DNA of 57,003 nucleotides, counting the filler, from Sphacelaria rigidula (lineage: Eukaryota), in NCBI GenBank assembly GCA_964200075.2. It is 7 parts of 7 records of this genome, joined end to end, with 100 filler letters (N's around TTAATTAATTAA, not from the genome) between each part and the next. Parts side by side here need not be neighbours in the genome. Positions count along the whole stretch, not along the records: positions 32,634 to 40,691 come from CAXNAA020012468.1; positions 40,792 to 48,847 come from CAXNAA020012469.1; positions 48,948 to 57,003 come from CAXNAA020012470.1; 4 more parts are not named here. One strand, given 5' to 3'. This document shows, in pieces, positions 38,801-50,310 of this stretch. The stretch's first letter is position 1; each line of letters starts with the position of its first letter. The position numbers were made by a program, and so were the translations under genes. The notes under the pieces are model-generated. The model did not search any database. It was not told where the DNA came from and was given only the letters and a program-made list of their open reading frames with translations.

Positions 38801-40435
38801 CACTCTGCGGGAAACGTTTTGCACAGGGGTTTCCAGATAGTCGCCAGCTTGGGGTAACAAAGATCCATACAATTACACACTCTATGCTTGGATATGCTTG
38901 AAAAATTATGATTATTTTCGCCAAGATGGAAAAGCAGGTAGGACTTCTCAAGAGGAGAATAACTATCACATACTGTTTAGTCCCTACATTTAGTGGCAGG
39001 CATTAGTTTACTCAAGAACAAGCACAACCACACAAAAGTATGAGCATATTTGTATATATATATATTTAGCCCACAAGAATCAAGACCCGACCTACCAAAC
39101 GTTTCGGTAACATCCCGTAGTGTTGTTCTCCTTGCCTCGATCTACATGAACTTTGCGGCGCCTATTGGCCTGCTATCTTCAATTTGCGGACTGGGTCTAC
39201 GTAGTGAATCTACGGTTTCGCTCACCCTCCGGCAGCTGTCCCGTCCTGCGTGGTCGTGAATGTGAAAGTGTTCCCGTAACTCGTAAGGCCCTCGTCCGAA
39301 GCCAGCTGCATTTGTGGGATGTCGCCCGACGGAGACAAGAACGTGACCGTCCAGGTGCGCTGGTACAGGCTTTGTAGAGACGAACTCGATCGCGTCACCT
39401 GGATGTGTACGGTGACACAGCCACAAAGAGCAAGTACAGCAAGGTAGGTACGAAGCGGGTAGGGACGGCGAGTGTGCTTACGTGCGCGGAAGGGGTGGGA
39501 GGGGCGGGTGTACTCATGATCTTGCAGGGCGTAGTCACATGACCATTGACCTCGCATCCTTACAAAGCTGGGACGGAGCACGCCGGGTTTTTGCCGGACC
39601 AGACTGAGGGGGAGGGGGGAGGGACGGAAAGGGGGGCAAAAAGACGCTGAAACTCGGCGATGTCCGTCGTTTCCCTTCACTGCCCCATCCCAAGAGTACA
39701 GTCGTTTCGTGTGTTCCCGAAACACGACACGCGCATCGTATCGGCGATCTGTATCCTCGAGCCGTACTGGGTGACATAAAATATCATGGGCAGAGAGCGT
39801 TAAGAAATCATCACGGATAGTGGTTCGCAATCAGGTGACTGGCCTCCAAAGATACAGTAATACAGGTCGATCAATGTACTAATTAATGCAATAGCCACCG
39901 TGTGCGTTCGACCTTGATTCTGGAAAAACGTTTACGCGAGCCCGATGGTGCTTTCACGTACTCCAGTAATATGTATACGGCTATCCCACAGGTAAAATGC
40001 GCAGCGCCAAACGACGAGCTGACTCGCTCGCCCCAGCTCTCTCGGGACCAGTGTCCGGGGGGGGGGGCGTACTCATTTGTTGCTTGCCTTAGTCGTTTGG
40101 CCATTGACCACGCATCCCTTTCGAGACGGAGAGACCGGTGTCCGGGGGAGGAAAATGATAAAAAAAAGAGGGAACCTGTGCAAAATGCAAGGAATGCAAA
40201 ACCCACAAGGAGTGTGTTCCCATCCGGCACAACACATTTGCGACGCACCGCACATACCTTGACCGAGTCGATATTGGACAACTGCTCGAGTATGTACTCC
40301 ATCGACTCTCTCGACCCCGTTCCGGTAGAGTTTCCTGATTCGTCTTCGATCGCCCCCACAGCGTTGTAGAATATATCGCCTGCCCCCGAAAAATTAATCC
40401 GTATAGTCATAGCACACATAGCGGGTGATGAATAC
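32850..40435 (-). CDS. Partial multi-exon gene with F5/8-C/FTP-like and proprotein-convertase P-domain-like modules; exons ~40435-40258, 39398-39226, 38105-37995, 35701-35510, 33057-32850
   Basis: The five exons are phase-compatible. Motifs: RTWTVTF..GDIPQM; GPSWVMVFDS; SRVVRIQLEGSGYLSVSEVELYE; LTAAFRGTAVSGQWVLRLRD..GGVAGWE. Further exons may be missed. Confidence 0.6.
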
Positions 40436-42333
40436 CTGCAGGTTCATTCTGCTGGTGACATGGCCGATGATGGAGTGATGTGTTGGGTTGTCGCGCATCA
40501 AGTGCTATCCGACAAATCTCGTCGTGTTCACAGAAAGATGGGCGTGTCAAAAAGCAAGAGAACGTAAACACCCGCTAAAAATAAAAGTGAAGATATAAAG
40601 ACAGCAAGAGACAAAACAAACGCAAAAAACTTGACAATGATGGGAGATGAAACAGAAGCAGAATAACAAAAAGAGAGAAAAAAGGGGGGGGNNNNNNNNN
40701 NNNNNNNNNNNNNNNNNNNNNNNNNNNNNNNNNNNTTAATTAATTAANNNNNNNNNNNNNNNNNNNNNNNNNNNNNNNNNNNNNNNNNNNNCTACACGTG
40801 AAGGCTTCACTTTGTTTACTGTGTGTGTGTTACTGCTGTGTACTGCCTGCACTCCGGTACTATGCGTGAAGGCTTCACCTTGTTTGAAAACATCCGTGAC
40901 GGGCAGCTGATTAAAAAAATGTGCGTCCCCGTAGGTGGATATACGTTTCGCGCATCTATTCAAGTCTGGGAGTGGTCGGTGTTGAGGTGATTTTGTTCCT
41001 CCGGAAAGCTCGCTCCACATCAGTAGATGGACAATCTTGTTGCACTAGCGACTGTCCTCCCTTTGTCTGTACCAGTCAGAAAGCACAGGCTCCGAGCTGC
41101 TCTTGATCGTCGACGGTCCGCGTTTCGACCGTGCGACAACACCCCGGCACCTTACGAGTGATAGCCACCGTGCTGGACAGCGCTAAAACACACGAATCGG
41201 CACCGGGTGATTTAGACCCACCCCCAGCCGCGTACATCTACTGGCTGTAAAGATGCTGCTGATACTGCTGCTGTTGCTTCTTCTCGTGCGGAACGCGATT
41301 AGAACGGCGCGTGATTTCTCGTGATGCTGCAGAGCATGTGTGTTGTTTTCTGTTGAGTGTAGTACTCCGCCGTATCTCTCAACGTGCAGATCTGGGTTAC
41401 AAGTTTTTGCATTTGAATACAGTCCGTCACGAGCGACCAGAAAACACGGCATAACTGCCTTGTCCGGTGTTGAGAGTAGTATTCTGCAGTTCATACACCA
41501 CTGCAGAGTTGTCTGGTTTTGAGTGTACCACCCTGTAGTCAAGATAATGGGGTCATCTGTTGACCAGTTTTCCGGAAGGTTCTGCTGGGGTTTTTTCAAG
41601 TATTCCGAAACAAACGAGAGTGTTTTCTGTCACAGAAATCTATAGCCGAATCTAGAATAGCCTGAGACAACAACCAATTTAAAAATTGGAATGCTCATGG
41701 ACTGTGGTAGCTGGTGCAAGCGTAGTATTCTCCCGATACGAGTTGTGTATGTAGTCCTAAAATGTCGCTGTTCCTGCACGTACAGCCTGGAGTATCTCTG
41801 TAGCCCTGCTTCGGTATACCTCCACGGGGGCGACGAAATAGCTTTAGTGTCCGTACATAAATGTGAGACACAGCGTGCGCTGTGGTTTGGGATACACATG
41901 CAGGAGTGAAATGAACGAGTGTGACAAGCTGAAGGCCTCTCTCGGTCTCCCTGCCTTTATCGTGGTGCTCGAGACTTTTATCTCGAACATCATGCTGCAT
42001 CATCCAGAGAAAGCTGGACATAATTGCTGCATGAATCGTACGTTAACAGCGGTGTCACGGTTCATTCGGTGGCCGACTTCCACAGTGCATGTACCTTGGG
42101 GCAGCTCTTGACACATGGTGATCACACCCGTACAAATCAAGAGTCCAAGACACCCTGGGTGGAACATAGCATTGGGATATCAGGACCCCACAACCTTACG
42201 AGCTCCTCCGCATCGAGAGAGCAGACCAATCCGTACCAGCCCCTTTCCGTTCGAGAGGGCGGGTCGTGCAAACTGGCGGCCAGCATACTTCACGCGTAGT
42301 CTAAACAAGATCAGTACAAAACAGAATCATCCG

Positions 42334-45300
42334 TCATCTGTCCGATGCCTCCTCTAACTCCAACTTCACGCTTGAACCCTCAGACGCCTCCCCTGATTCC
42401 ACACCAACAAACCCGCCAACAGACCCACATACAACTGCCGGCGAAACATATAGAGGTCCCGCACTCACACCACAACTGCTGCTGCTGGAGCTACTTCGAC
42501 CACCTGCACCGCTCAAACCCCTCAAAGGGTCAGTATGCTTGCTGCACTCTCCCACTCCAGCGTCACTGTGTATAGGAGAAGGAGCTGCCGCCTCTACCTT
42601 CATTCCTGCTCCTACCCTCGGCACGGAAGACTCCTCACGATCAGCCCCTGAGGGTAGCTGGCCCGAAAGCAGCAGTGGTGTTACATCACTACGCCTGGCA
42701 ATAGGGTACACACTAGCTTCAACACCAACAATGTCGCTTGTACCAGAACTCCAGCATGGTGCACGCTTGCGTTTTGTTCCTCGCACGCCAGCAGCGCTTC
42801 CTCCACCGCCATCGGATATGCTACCGGTGGAGGTGGCCTTGCCAGTGCTGAGCTCTCCAGTGTCGTATACCGTAGCTGCGTCATGCGCAGCGGGATGCTG
42901 TCGGAACAACTTTGCCTTATCTAGGACGCCAATCTCGAGAGCATGCGATATTGAGCATTCCTCTCTGCTAGACTTGCATCTCAGCGGATCCACCACTCCC
43001 GCCATCGCAAGCTGAGGGCAGAACTCCGCCTTCTCGATTGCCGCAACACTATACGACGGTCTTTCAGAGCAGCTCTCATAGCCGCACTTCTCCTTCACCA
43101 GCCTCGCCATTCCTGCCCCGGCATGCCGAGAGAAAAACTCCGCCTTCTTGCTTCCCGCTACACCACTAGACAGCTGCCTGGAGCAGCCCTCGTCGCCGCA
43201 CGTCTTTTTTACCACATCCATCATTCCAGCTCTGGAATGCTGAGAGCAGAACTCCGCCTTCTTACTCCCCGCTACACCATACGACGGCTTCTTCCAGCAG
43301 CCCTGGTCGCCGCATCTCTTTGTGACCACATTCACCATTCCCACCCTGGCATGCTGAGAGCAGAACTCCGCCTTCTCGCCACCCGTTACACCATACGACG
43401 GCTTCTTGCAGCAGCCCTTGTCGCCGCACCTCTTTTTCAACACATTCACCATTCCAGCCCTGGAATGCTGAGGGCAGAACTCCGCCTTCTCGCTTCCCGC
43501 TACACCATACGACGGCATCTTGCAGCAACTCTTATCGTCGCACTTCTTGTACACCAGATTCACCATTTCCGCCCTAGCATGCCGAGAGCAAAACTCCGCC
43601 TTCTTGCTTCCCGCCACACCATATGACGGCCTTTTGGAGCAGCCCTCGTGGCCGCACGTCCTGTTCACCACATCCACCATTCCAGCCCTGGAATGCTGAG
43701 AGCAGAACTCCGCCTTCTTACTCCCCGCTACACCATACGACGGCTTCTTGCAGCAGCCCTGGTCGCCGCATTTCTTGCTCAACACGTTCACCATTGCCGC
43801 CCTGGCATGCTTCAAGCAGAACTCCGCCTTCTTGCTTCCCGCTACACCATACGACGGCATCTTGGAGCAGCCCTTATTGTCGCACTTCTTGTACACCAGA
43901 TCCACCATTCCAGCCCTAGCATGCCGAGAGCAAAACTCCGCCTTCTTGCTTCCCGCCACACCATACGACGGCCTTTTGGAGCAGCCCTCGTGGCCGCACG
44001 TCCTGTTCACCACATCCACCATTCCAGCCCTGGAATGCTGAGAGCAGAATTCCGCCTTCTTACTCCCCGCTACACCATACGACGGCTTCTTGCAGCAGCC
44101 CTGGTCGCCGCATCTCTTTTTTACCACATCCACCATTCCAGCCCTGGAATGCTGAGAGCAGAACTCCGCCTTCTTGCTTCCCGCTACACCATACGACGGC
44201 ATCTTGGAGCAGCCCTTGTCGCCGCACCTCTTCTTCAACACATTCACCATTCCAGCCCTGGCATGCTGGGAGCAGAACTCTGCCTTCTTGCTTCCCGCTA
44301 CACCATACGACGGCATCTTGCAGCAACTCTTATCGTCGCACTTCTTGTACACCAGATTCACCATTTCCGCTCTCGCATGCCGAGAGCAGAACTCCGCCTT
44401 CTTGCTTCCCGCCACACCATACGACGGCATCTTGGAGCAGCCCTTGTCGCCGCACTTCTTGCTCAACACGTTCACTATTCCAGCCCTGGCATGCTGAGAG
44501 CAGAACTCCACCTTCCTGCTTCCCGCTACACCATACGACGGCTTCTTCCAGCAGCCCTGGTCGCCGCATTTCTTGCTCAACACGTTCACCATTGCCGCCC
44601 TGGCATGCTTCAAGCAGAACTCCGCCTTCTTGCTTCCCGTTACACCATACAACGGTCTTTTGGAGCAGCCCCCGTCGCCGCATTTCTTGCCACACACATT
44701 CACCATTCCCGCCATGGCATGCTGAGAGCAAAACTCTACCTTCTTGCTTCCCGCTACACCGAACGATGGATGCTTGAGGCAGCCGTCGTCGCCGCATCTC
44801 TTCTTCGACACGTTCACCATTCCAGCCTTCGCATGCTGAGAGCAGAACTCTGCCTTCTTGCTCCCCGCTACACCATACGACTGCCGCGTGGAACAGCCCT
44901 CGTCGGCGCACGTCCTGTTCATCACACCCACCATTCCCGCCCTCGCATGCTGAGAGCAGAACTCCGCCTTCTTGCTCCCCGCTACACCATACGACCGCCG
45001 CCTGGAACAGCCCTCGTGGTAGCACCTCGTCTGCGACACAATCACCATTCCGGTCCTCGCATGCTGAGAGCAGTACTCTGCCTTCTTGCTTCCCGCTACA
45101 CCATACGATGGATGCTTGGAGCAGCCCTCGTCGCCGCATCTCTTCTTCGACACGTTCACCATTCCAGCCCTGGCATGCTGAGAGCAGAACTCCGCCTTCT
45201 TGCTTCCCGGCGCACCATGCGACGGCTGCGTGGAGCAGCCCTCGTCACCGCACTTCTTGCCCGACACATTCACCATTCCCGCCCTCGCATGCTGGGAGCA

Positions 45301-45378
45301 GAATTCCGCCTTGTAGCCCGGTAAAGCGTACGATGGCCATTTCGAGCAGTCCTCGTTGATGCACACATTTTTCCACAT
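42334..45378 (-). CDS. EsV-1-7 cysteine-rich repeat protein (~21 tandem 38-aa C-x4-C-x16-C-x2-H units), ~1014 aa
   Basis: Uninterrupted ORF; unit ~KKCGDEGCSKRPSYGVAGSKKAEFCSQHARAGMVNVxx matches the EsV-1-7 motif. ATG at 45378 lies downstream of a pyrimidine-rich acceptor CTTTTCCTCCTGCAG (~45473), so the true start may differ. Confidence 0.9.
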   Translation of the reverse strand: MWKNVCINEDCSKWPSYALPGYKAEFCSQHARAGMVNVSGKKCGDEGCSTQPSHGAPGSKKAEFCSQHARAGMVNVSKKRCGDEGCSKHPSYGVAGSKKAEYCSQHARTGMVIVSQTRCYHEGCSRRRSYGVAGSKKAEFCSQHARAGMVGVMNRTCADEGCSTRQSYGVAGSKKAEFCSQHAKAGMVNVSKKRCGDDGCLKHPSFGVAGSKKVEFCSQHAMAGMVNVCGKKCGDGGCSKRPLYGVTGSKKAEFCLKHARAAMVNVLSKKCGDQGCWKKPSYGVAGSRKVEFCSQHARAGIVNVLSKKCGDKGCSKMPSYGVAGSKKAEFCSRHARAEMVNLVYKKCDDKSCCKMPSYGVAGSKKAEFCSQHARAGMVNVLKKRCGDKGCSKMPSYGVAGSKKAEFCSQHSRAGMVDVVKKRCGDQGCCKKPSYGVAGSKKAEFCSQHSRAGMVDVVNRTCGHEGCSKRPSYGVAGSKKAEFCSRHARAGMVDLVYKKCDNKGCSKMPSYGVAGSKKAEFCLKHARAAMVNVLSKKCGDQGCCKKPSYGVAGSKKAEFCSQHSRAGMVDVVNRTCGHEGCSKRPSYGVAGSKKAEFCSRHARAEMVNLVYKKCDDKSCCKMPSYGVAGSEKAEFCPQHSRAGMVNVLKKRCGDKGCCKKPSYGVTGGEKAEFCSQHARVGMVNVVTKRCGDQGCWKKPSYGVAGSKKAEFCSQHSRAGMMDVVKKTCGDEGCSRQLSSGVAGSKKAEFFSRHAGAGMARLVKEKCGYESCSERPSYSVAAIEKAEFCPQLAMAGVVDPLRCKSSREECSISHALEIGVLDKAKLFRQHPAAHDAATVYDTGELSTGKATSTGSISDGGGGSAAGVRGTKRKRAPCWSSGTSDIVGVEASVYPIARRSDVTPLLLSGQLPSGADREESSVPRVGAGMKVEAAAPSPIHSDAGVGECSKHTDPLRGLSGAGGRSSSSSSSCGVSAGPLYVSPAVVCGSVGGFVGVESGEASEGSSVKLELEEASDR
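42979..45369 (-). repeat. Coding tandem array with a 114-bp unit
   Basis: gcagaactccgccttcttgcttcccgctacaccatacgacgg, or close variants, recurs with a 114-bp period. Confidence 0.95.
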
Positions 45379-47184
45379 TCTGGCGATCCGCTTTGTCGCG
45401 TGGTGTTTGTGATGAGAAGTAACTGTTCGCGGTAACACAATTGGCAAGACGCCGGGGGCTCCAAATGTCAGCTGCAGGAGGAAAAGCGATGAAAACGCAC
45501 TATCGTCGCACATCAACGGGAAGAACAGGAGCAACCTGCACCATTTAAATGACACTTGACATAAACTGATCGCAATGACTGCAGCCCTGGTATCCAAGGT
45601 AATTCAAGCGAATGGGACTTCCTCACCAGTACGGTAGTACGGATCTGAACTACATATAGCATCGATATGGTACAAGAGGCGAACGAAAGCGGACAACCTT
45701 AAAGGTATGATCCCAACTCGTGATTCACCGGGCATGATACATGCAGTGTTACATAATTCATGGCTTGTAAAACACCCGCCAACGTTTGGGAAGTTGCTCT
45801 ACACTGGCAGTATATCTGACAACGTTGTGGAAGATTAGTTATACCAACGAAGTCAGGAAAAAACCACATGAACTCGAAGATACCGGACAAGGTTCCAAAC
45901 TACTTTGATCCTGTTCTATTTTACTGCTAGAAATACGACTAGGATAGGGATGCCTTTTGGTCTCAACAGCGGTGCACGCGACCGTCGAAAGCAAACTATA
46001 TGGATTTTGATAACGAATTTGGTCTGTGAACACACGCGAAAAAGTGTACATATCTGTCGAATCGCAAAACACGCGCACGTGTGCTCTCATGATCTCTTTT
46101 GTCATATCGGATACCGTCGGAATCAAGTGTAATGTATTGTCCTAGTTGCCACTTCAACCACAAGTGAGTTTAGGTGTTGGGTTACCTGATCTTTGCTTTA
46201 GTCACTTAAACCTCAGAATTTCCGGCTCGTATCGCGTCTACATGGTGTGCATGGTAGTACATGCTTGTTGTCGCCAGGGTCAGAGTGTCATGTCAGGAAA
46301 GCGCTGAAAGTTGAGCGGGGCACAAAGCTGTTGCTAGCCACAACGAGGCTTCCTGTACAGTGCATTTCACATCTGTTGGATGAGTATGCCACGACTGTAC
46401 ACGATTGGTGTAGACATTCTAGATGACGCTGACATGGCCATAATCGTCGCCGTAGCGATATATCCCTTTACAGCCCTTCTGGAAACCGGCAGACGCCTAA
46501 TGAGGGCGAAATATTCGAAACGCACCGATATCTGATCAAATCTTGGGAAACGTCTTCTGGACTATCAGAATATCATCATTGTTGGACGCACCTCTTAGCC
46601 TGATGAGGTGTCGTCCCGCCAGTGTCGGACACACGTCCTACGGTAAATATGTACCATTTTAACTGCATCCAACACATGCATCCTAGAATGAACACGCATT
46701 TCACCTATACCACGCAAATACTGCTACACAAACGGGTATGCTACGGTAGTTCGGCACAAACATCTTGAAGGGAACAGGTATTGTACATATGTGCGGCACA
46801 TGCGCTTATGTTGTGTTTAGCCCAACGCGTGGTGTACTGCCGTGGTCGTGGTTCGAGGTTAACTGTAAATGCTTCGTGCAAGTTGGCGAAGAAAGTGCCT
46901 AACGGATGGAAAGGGCCTCCATTCATCTGCGGTTACTGTGACATCTGATTCCATGCCATTTTTCTGTGACATGTTGTCTTCTCCATAATCTCACGAGCTG
47001 GTCCAGCTGACAGTGATTTTTGAACGTATCCTGGCGATGCGGTCTTTCGAAGCGTTAGGCGCCGAAATTTTGACACAACCTTTCTAACGTCGGACGAGTC
47101 ACTACTCGTCGAAACGAGTGCACTAGTGGGTGTTTTCTGAAAACACAACGAGCATGACGTCCCCGAGTCATTACTTTCTTTCAT

Positions 47185-47272
47185 CACAACGAGCGATGAC
47201 TCGAGTGCTTGCCCCACTAAATATTTTTCCACGACGAGCAATGACTCGAGTGCTTGTCCTACTATATTTTCC
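47185..47272 (+). repeat. Short imperfect tandem duplication (~45 bp x2)
   Basis: ac(a/g)acgagc(g/a)atgactcgagtgcttg(c/t)cc(c/t)acta...tattttt?cc occurs twice. Confidence 0.7.
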
Positions 47273-48399
47273 CGTGTTCGCCCTATTAACCCTTTCGGGA
47301 CCGACCCCCTACTAACACGGCGTTGACCATGTGTTCGTGGAATAATGAAATAAAAGGGAGTGACCTGCCTAGTCACGGCGAGGCGAAATTTATCGACCAG
47401 ATCCGAACGACCAGCGCGGGGACGGTTGCCGAGTGTGATGTCAATGCAAAGATCGTGTGGGGGTCCTGTCCTTGGCCCAGATAAGCCTTCCCAGGTTTCT
47501 AAAACCAGGACGCTCGGAGCATGGCTCATCGTATTACTTGCATTCCCAATACTGTAGCGTTCCCGGGGTTTCCCAGGAGTTTCCTTCGGTCGCCAGCCTA
47601 TACTAACATGCAATAATTACAATAACACGGGGTGGAGTGGGAACATCGGGAAGGAGTGTACATGCCGCAATGTGGTCATTTTCACGAGGCACTGAACCTA
47701 GGTGGACTGTGGAAAGACAAAAGGAGCTACCGTCATGAATTCTGCTCATCTCTCTGCCGACGACTTGCAGAACCCTGTTAGCATATATGTAGTGGGCGGG
47801 CATAGACAAGCTGTATATAGGCAGCTGATCTCCGTCGCTGAGAACTGCCGAGAACAAGCAAGGAAGTATGCAGTGGCAGCTGCTGCTGCAGTCGGAGAGG
47901 CGTATTGCACCGTACTGTACTGTATGTATATGCGCCGCAACGCCCATACCCTTCGTGGACAATTCGTCGCATGCAACAAAGACGTGAATGGCGGCCCACC
48001 CCGACCACAAAGGGCTGTGTGGCAAGGTGATGGGAACAATGATATCATCCGAAGCCACAAGTAGTGGTCGGCCCGCCGGTCGCCGCATCCTGTTGAAAGC
48101 TATCTGCGGCGAAATATACTGCTTGCTAAATCAGATGTACACTACCTAATGCGCACCCTGCACTTGAAAATAGATTGGACGGAACTTTCGGACTTCCTCA
48201 TGACCCTGCGGTTACATACGCGGATTTTCAGCAACATGCCACTGTTTCGTGCAGACGTCAGACACACCATTCCCAACCAGGCACGTTGATCGTTCCGGAG
48301 GCCCGGTCCCGAAGGGGGTAATTTTTCCCACAACAGAATCGATTTCAAGTACGGCTGACAGTCCCATGTGCTCCTTGTTTGCGCAGTTTTCGTCGAAAT

Positions 48400-48535
48400 C
48401 GGCGCCACAGGAGCTGATTTGGGGTCTGCAAAGGCCGCACTTTGCCAAGGAAATGTTATGTGCCGCCCTTGTCCGAGAGTTTCGGTTCGCGATGGGTTGG
48501 GGTTAGAGTTTTGGGGGTAGGGGTAGGGGTAGCGA
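48400..48535 (-). repeat. Copy of the 6.3/51.8-kb repeat family with CCTA(A)CC-like head
   Basis: Minus strand reads ctacccctacccct...ctaacccc...actctcggacaagggcgg...ccttggcaaagtgcg. Confidence 0.55.
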
Positions 48536-50310
48536 TACTTGTGAAATGTGTCGACCATGAACATTTGTAGCCCCAACTCCGGTAAACTAGCCTACTACTA
48601 TGACACATCGTGGTAACCGGCAACTGCGTGCTCGTCTTCAAATCCACGTAGCACTCCGATCCGACAAGGGGTAATCAAACGAAATACCAAACGGTACAGT
48701 AGTCCTGCCTTTCTGTGCAGCGTTCAGTCATAATGCATATCCATTGCTTGAACCAACCATCGATGATGTGACCACCGCCCGTTCCTAACGAAACGAGCCG
48801 AATGTGTGGGCGCCATGGTTGGAGTTGGCGCGTAGACCCACTGGCACNNNNNNNNNNNNNNNNNNNNNNNNNNNNNNNNNNNNNNNNNNNNTTAATTAAT
48901 TAANNNNNNNNNNNNNNNNNNNNNNNNNNNNNNNNNNNNNNNNNNNNAATGAGTACGCCCCCCCCCTCTCCCTCCCCCCTCCCGATAGTCACCTTCTTTT
49001 TGGTATCGCACATTAGGATCAGTACCCCCACACCGCATCGACTGTCGTCCAGCAAACTCAGCCAAGCAGGCTCTAGCTGCACTCCATCTTCACAAGACGA
49101 TCGACCTCGCATCCCTACGAAGCCGGGACGGAAAACCGCGGGTTTTCGCTAGACCAGGATCGCAGTGAAGGGTAGGCGTATCGGGGAAAATATGTATGGT
49201 TTTATAGATACGTTGAGACCGCGGACTCGTCCCGAGGAAGGGGAGGGGTTGAAAGTGAGAAAATGAAAATAAGTCAGAGACAGCTTCACCACAGCGTTTG
49301 AATACGTTGTATCCACAGGAAAAAAACCTCGCCCCCATATCCGAATGCGTTTTTTGTGCAATGCACGCGCAAATCTCGCCACAGCGCCCGTATACAAGGT
49401 ACGATCATAGGCCAACAATATCACCATGACGTTCAAATACGTTGCACAGCATGGGCATGTGCCAAAAAGAAAAGATCCCACGAAGGTCGAAGCAAGTTGG
49501 CAGCGCATGAGCGAAAACAGTGTCAGAAGCGTCCAAAAATCGCCATAAAGGACGAATACGTTGTACGCGCATCGGCCTATAATCTTGCCGCAACGTCCAG
49601 AAACGGCTACACGGGAGTGAGCAAATTTTATCTCCACGTCCGAACACGCTGTGTGTGCGTATGAGTGAGACTGATCCCAACATACCACACACGTTGATTG
49701 ATTGATGGATCGTCGCATCTTCATCGATCCCTCAGGGATCCAGCCGTCGTCACACTAGTCACATGATGGACCTACCCGAGATGAAAAGCAATAACGGAAA
49801 GAATCGCCGACGAAAACAGGTGCTGACCGGAAAATCTCGCGACATCGTCCAAACACGTTGTATGCGCATGGGTCAGCCCTATATCCCTTCGAAAATTACG
49901 TAGTTTTAATCTTTCGTCAAATGAATACCGAAGTTTACCCTATCTGTAAGAAAGATTCCTTACTAGACGTGTCTCGAACTCGAGGTTCTCGCTGTATGTA
50001 ACAGTAATTTACGGTTGTAGAGTATATTTTCCCTCGTTTTGCATACGAGTACTCGTACATGCTTTTGATCTTTATCGAGAGAGGCAAACATGAAATGAAA
50101 AAAAAAAACTTTTTTCTCCGCCGTACGTACAGTTACCGTTTTCATTTCATTTTTTCTTTCGTGACGGCATGAGACGTCATCTCACTTGTGAAGTGGAACC
50201 CCTCTCCCCCCCCCCTCCCCCTTCTGCCGGTTATCTTACTATTGTACATGATGTCGCATTATAATTTTAACTACTGTACCCGTACATACGTGCTCGTTTT
50301 ACGTCGCCAG

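Noticed and set aside
43123-45324. Long plus-strand repetitive ORFs (e.g. 43648-45324, 558 aa) and alternative minus-frame ORFs
   Set aside because: They are shadows of the 114-bp in-frame repeat; only the C3H frame matches a known motif.
42979-45369. CRISPR-like regular repeat pattern
   Set aside because: It is a coding tandem repeat with homologous intervening segments, in a eukaryote, with no cas genes.
45379-45597. N-terminal 73 aa of the 1087-aa ORF as a signal or TM segment
   Set aside because: It has a non-ATG start and overlaps a polypyrimidine tract and acceptor, so it is probably intron or UTR.
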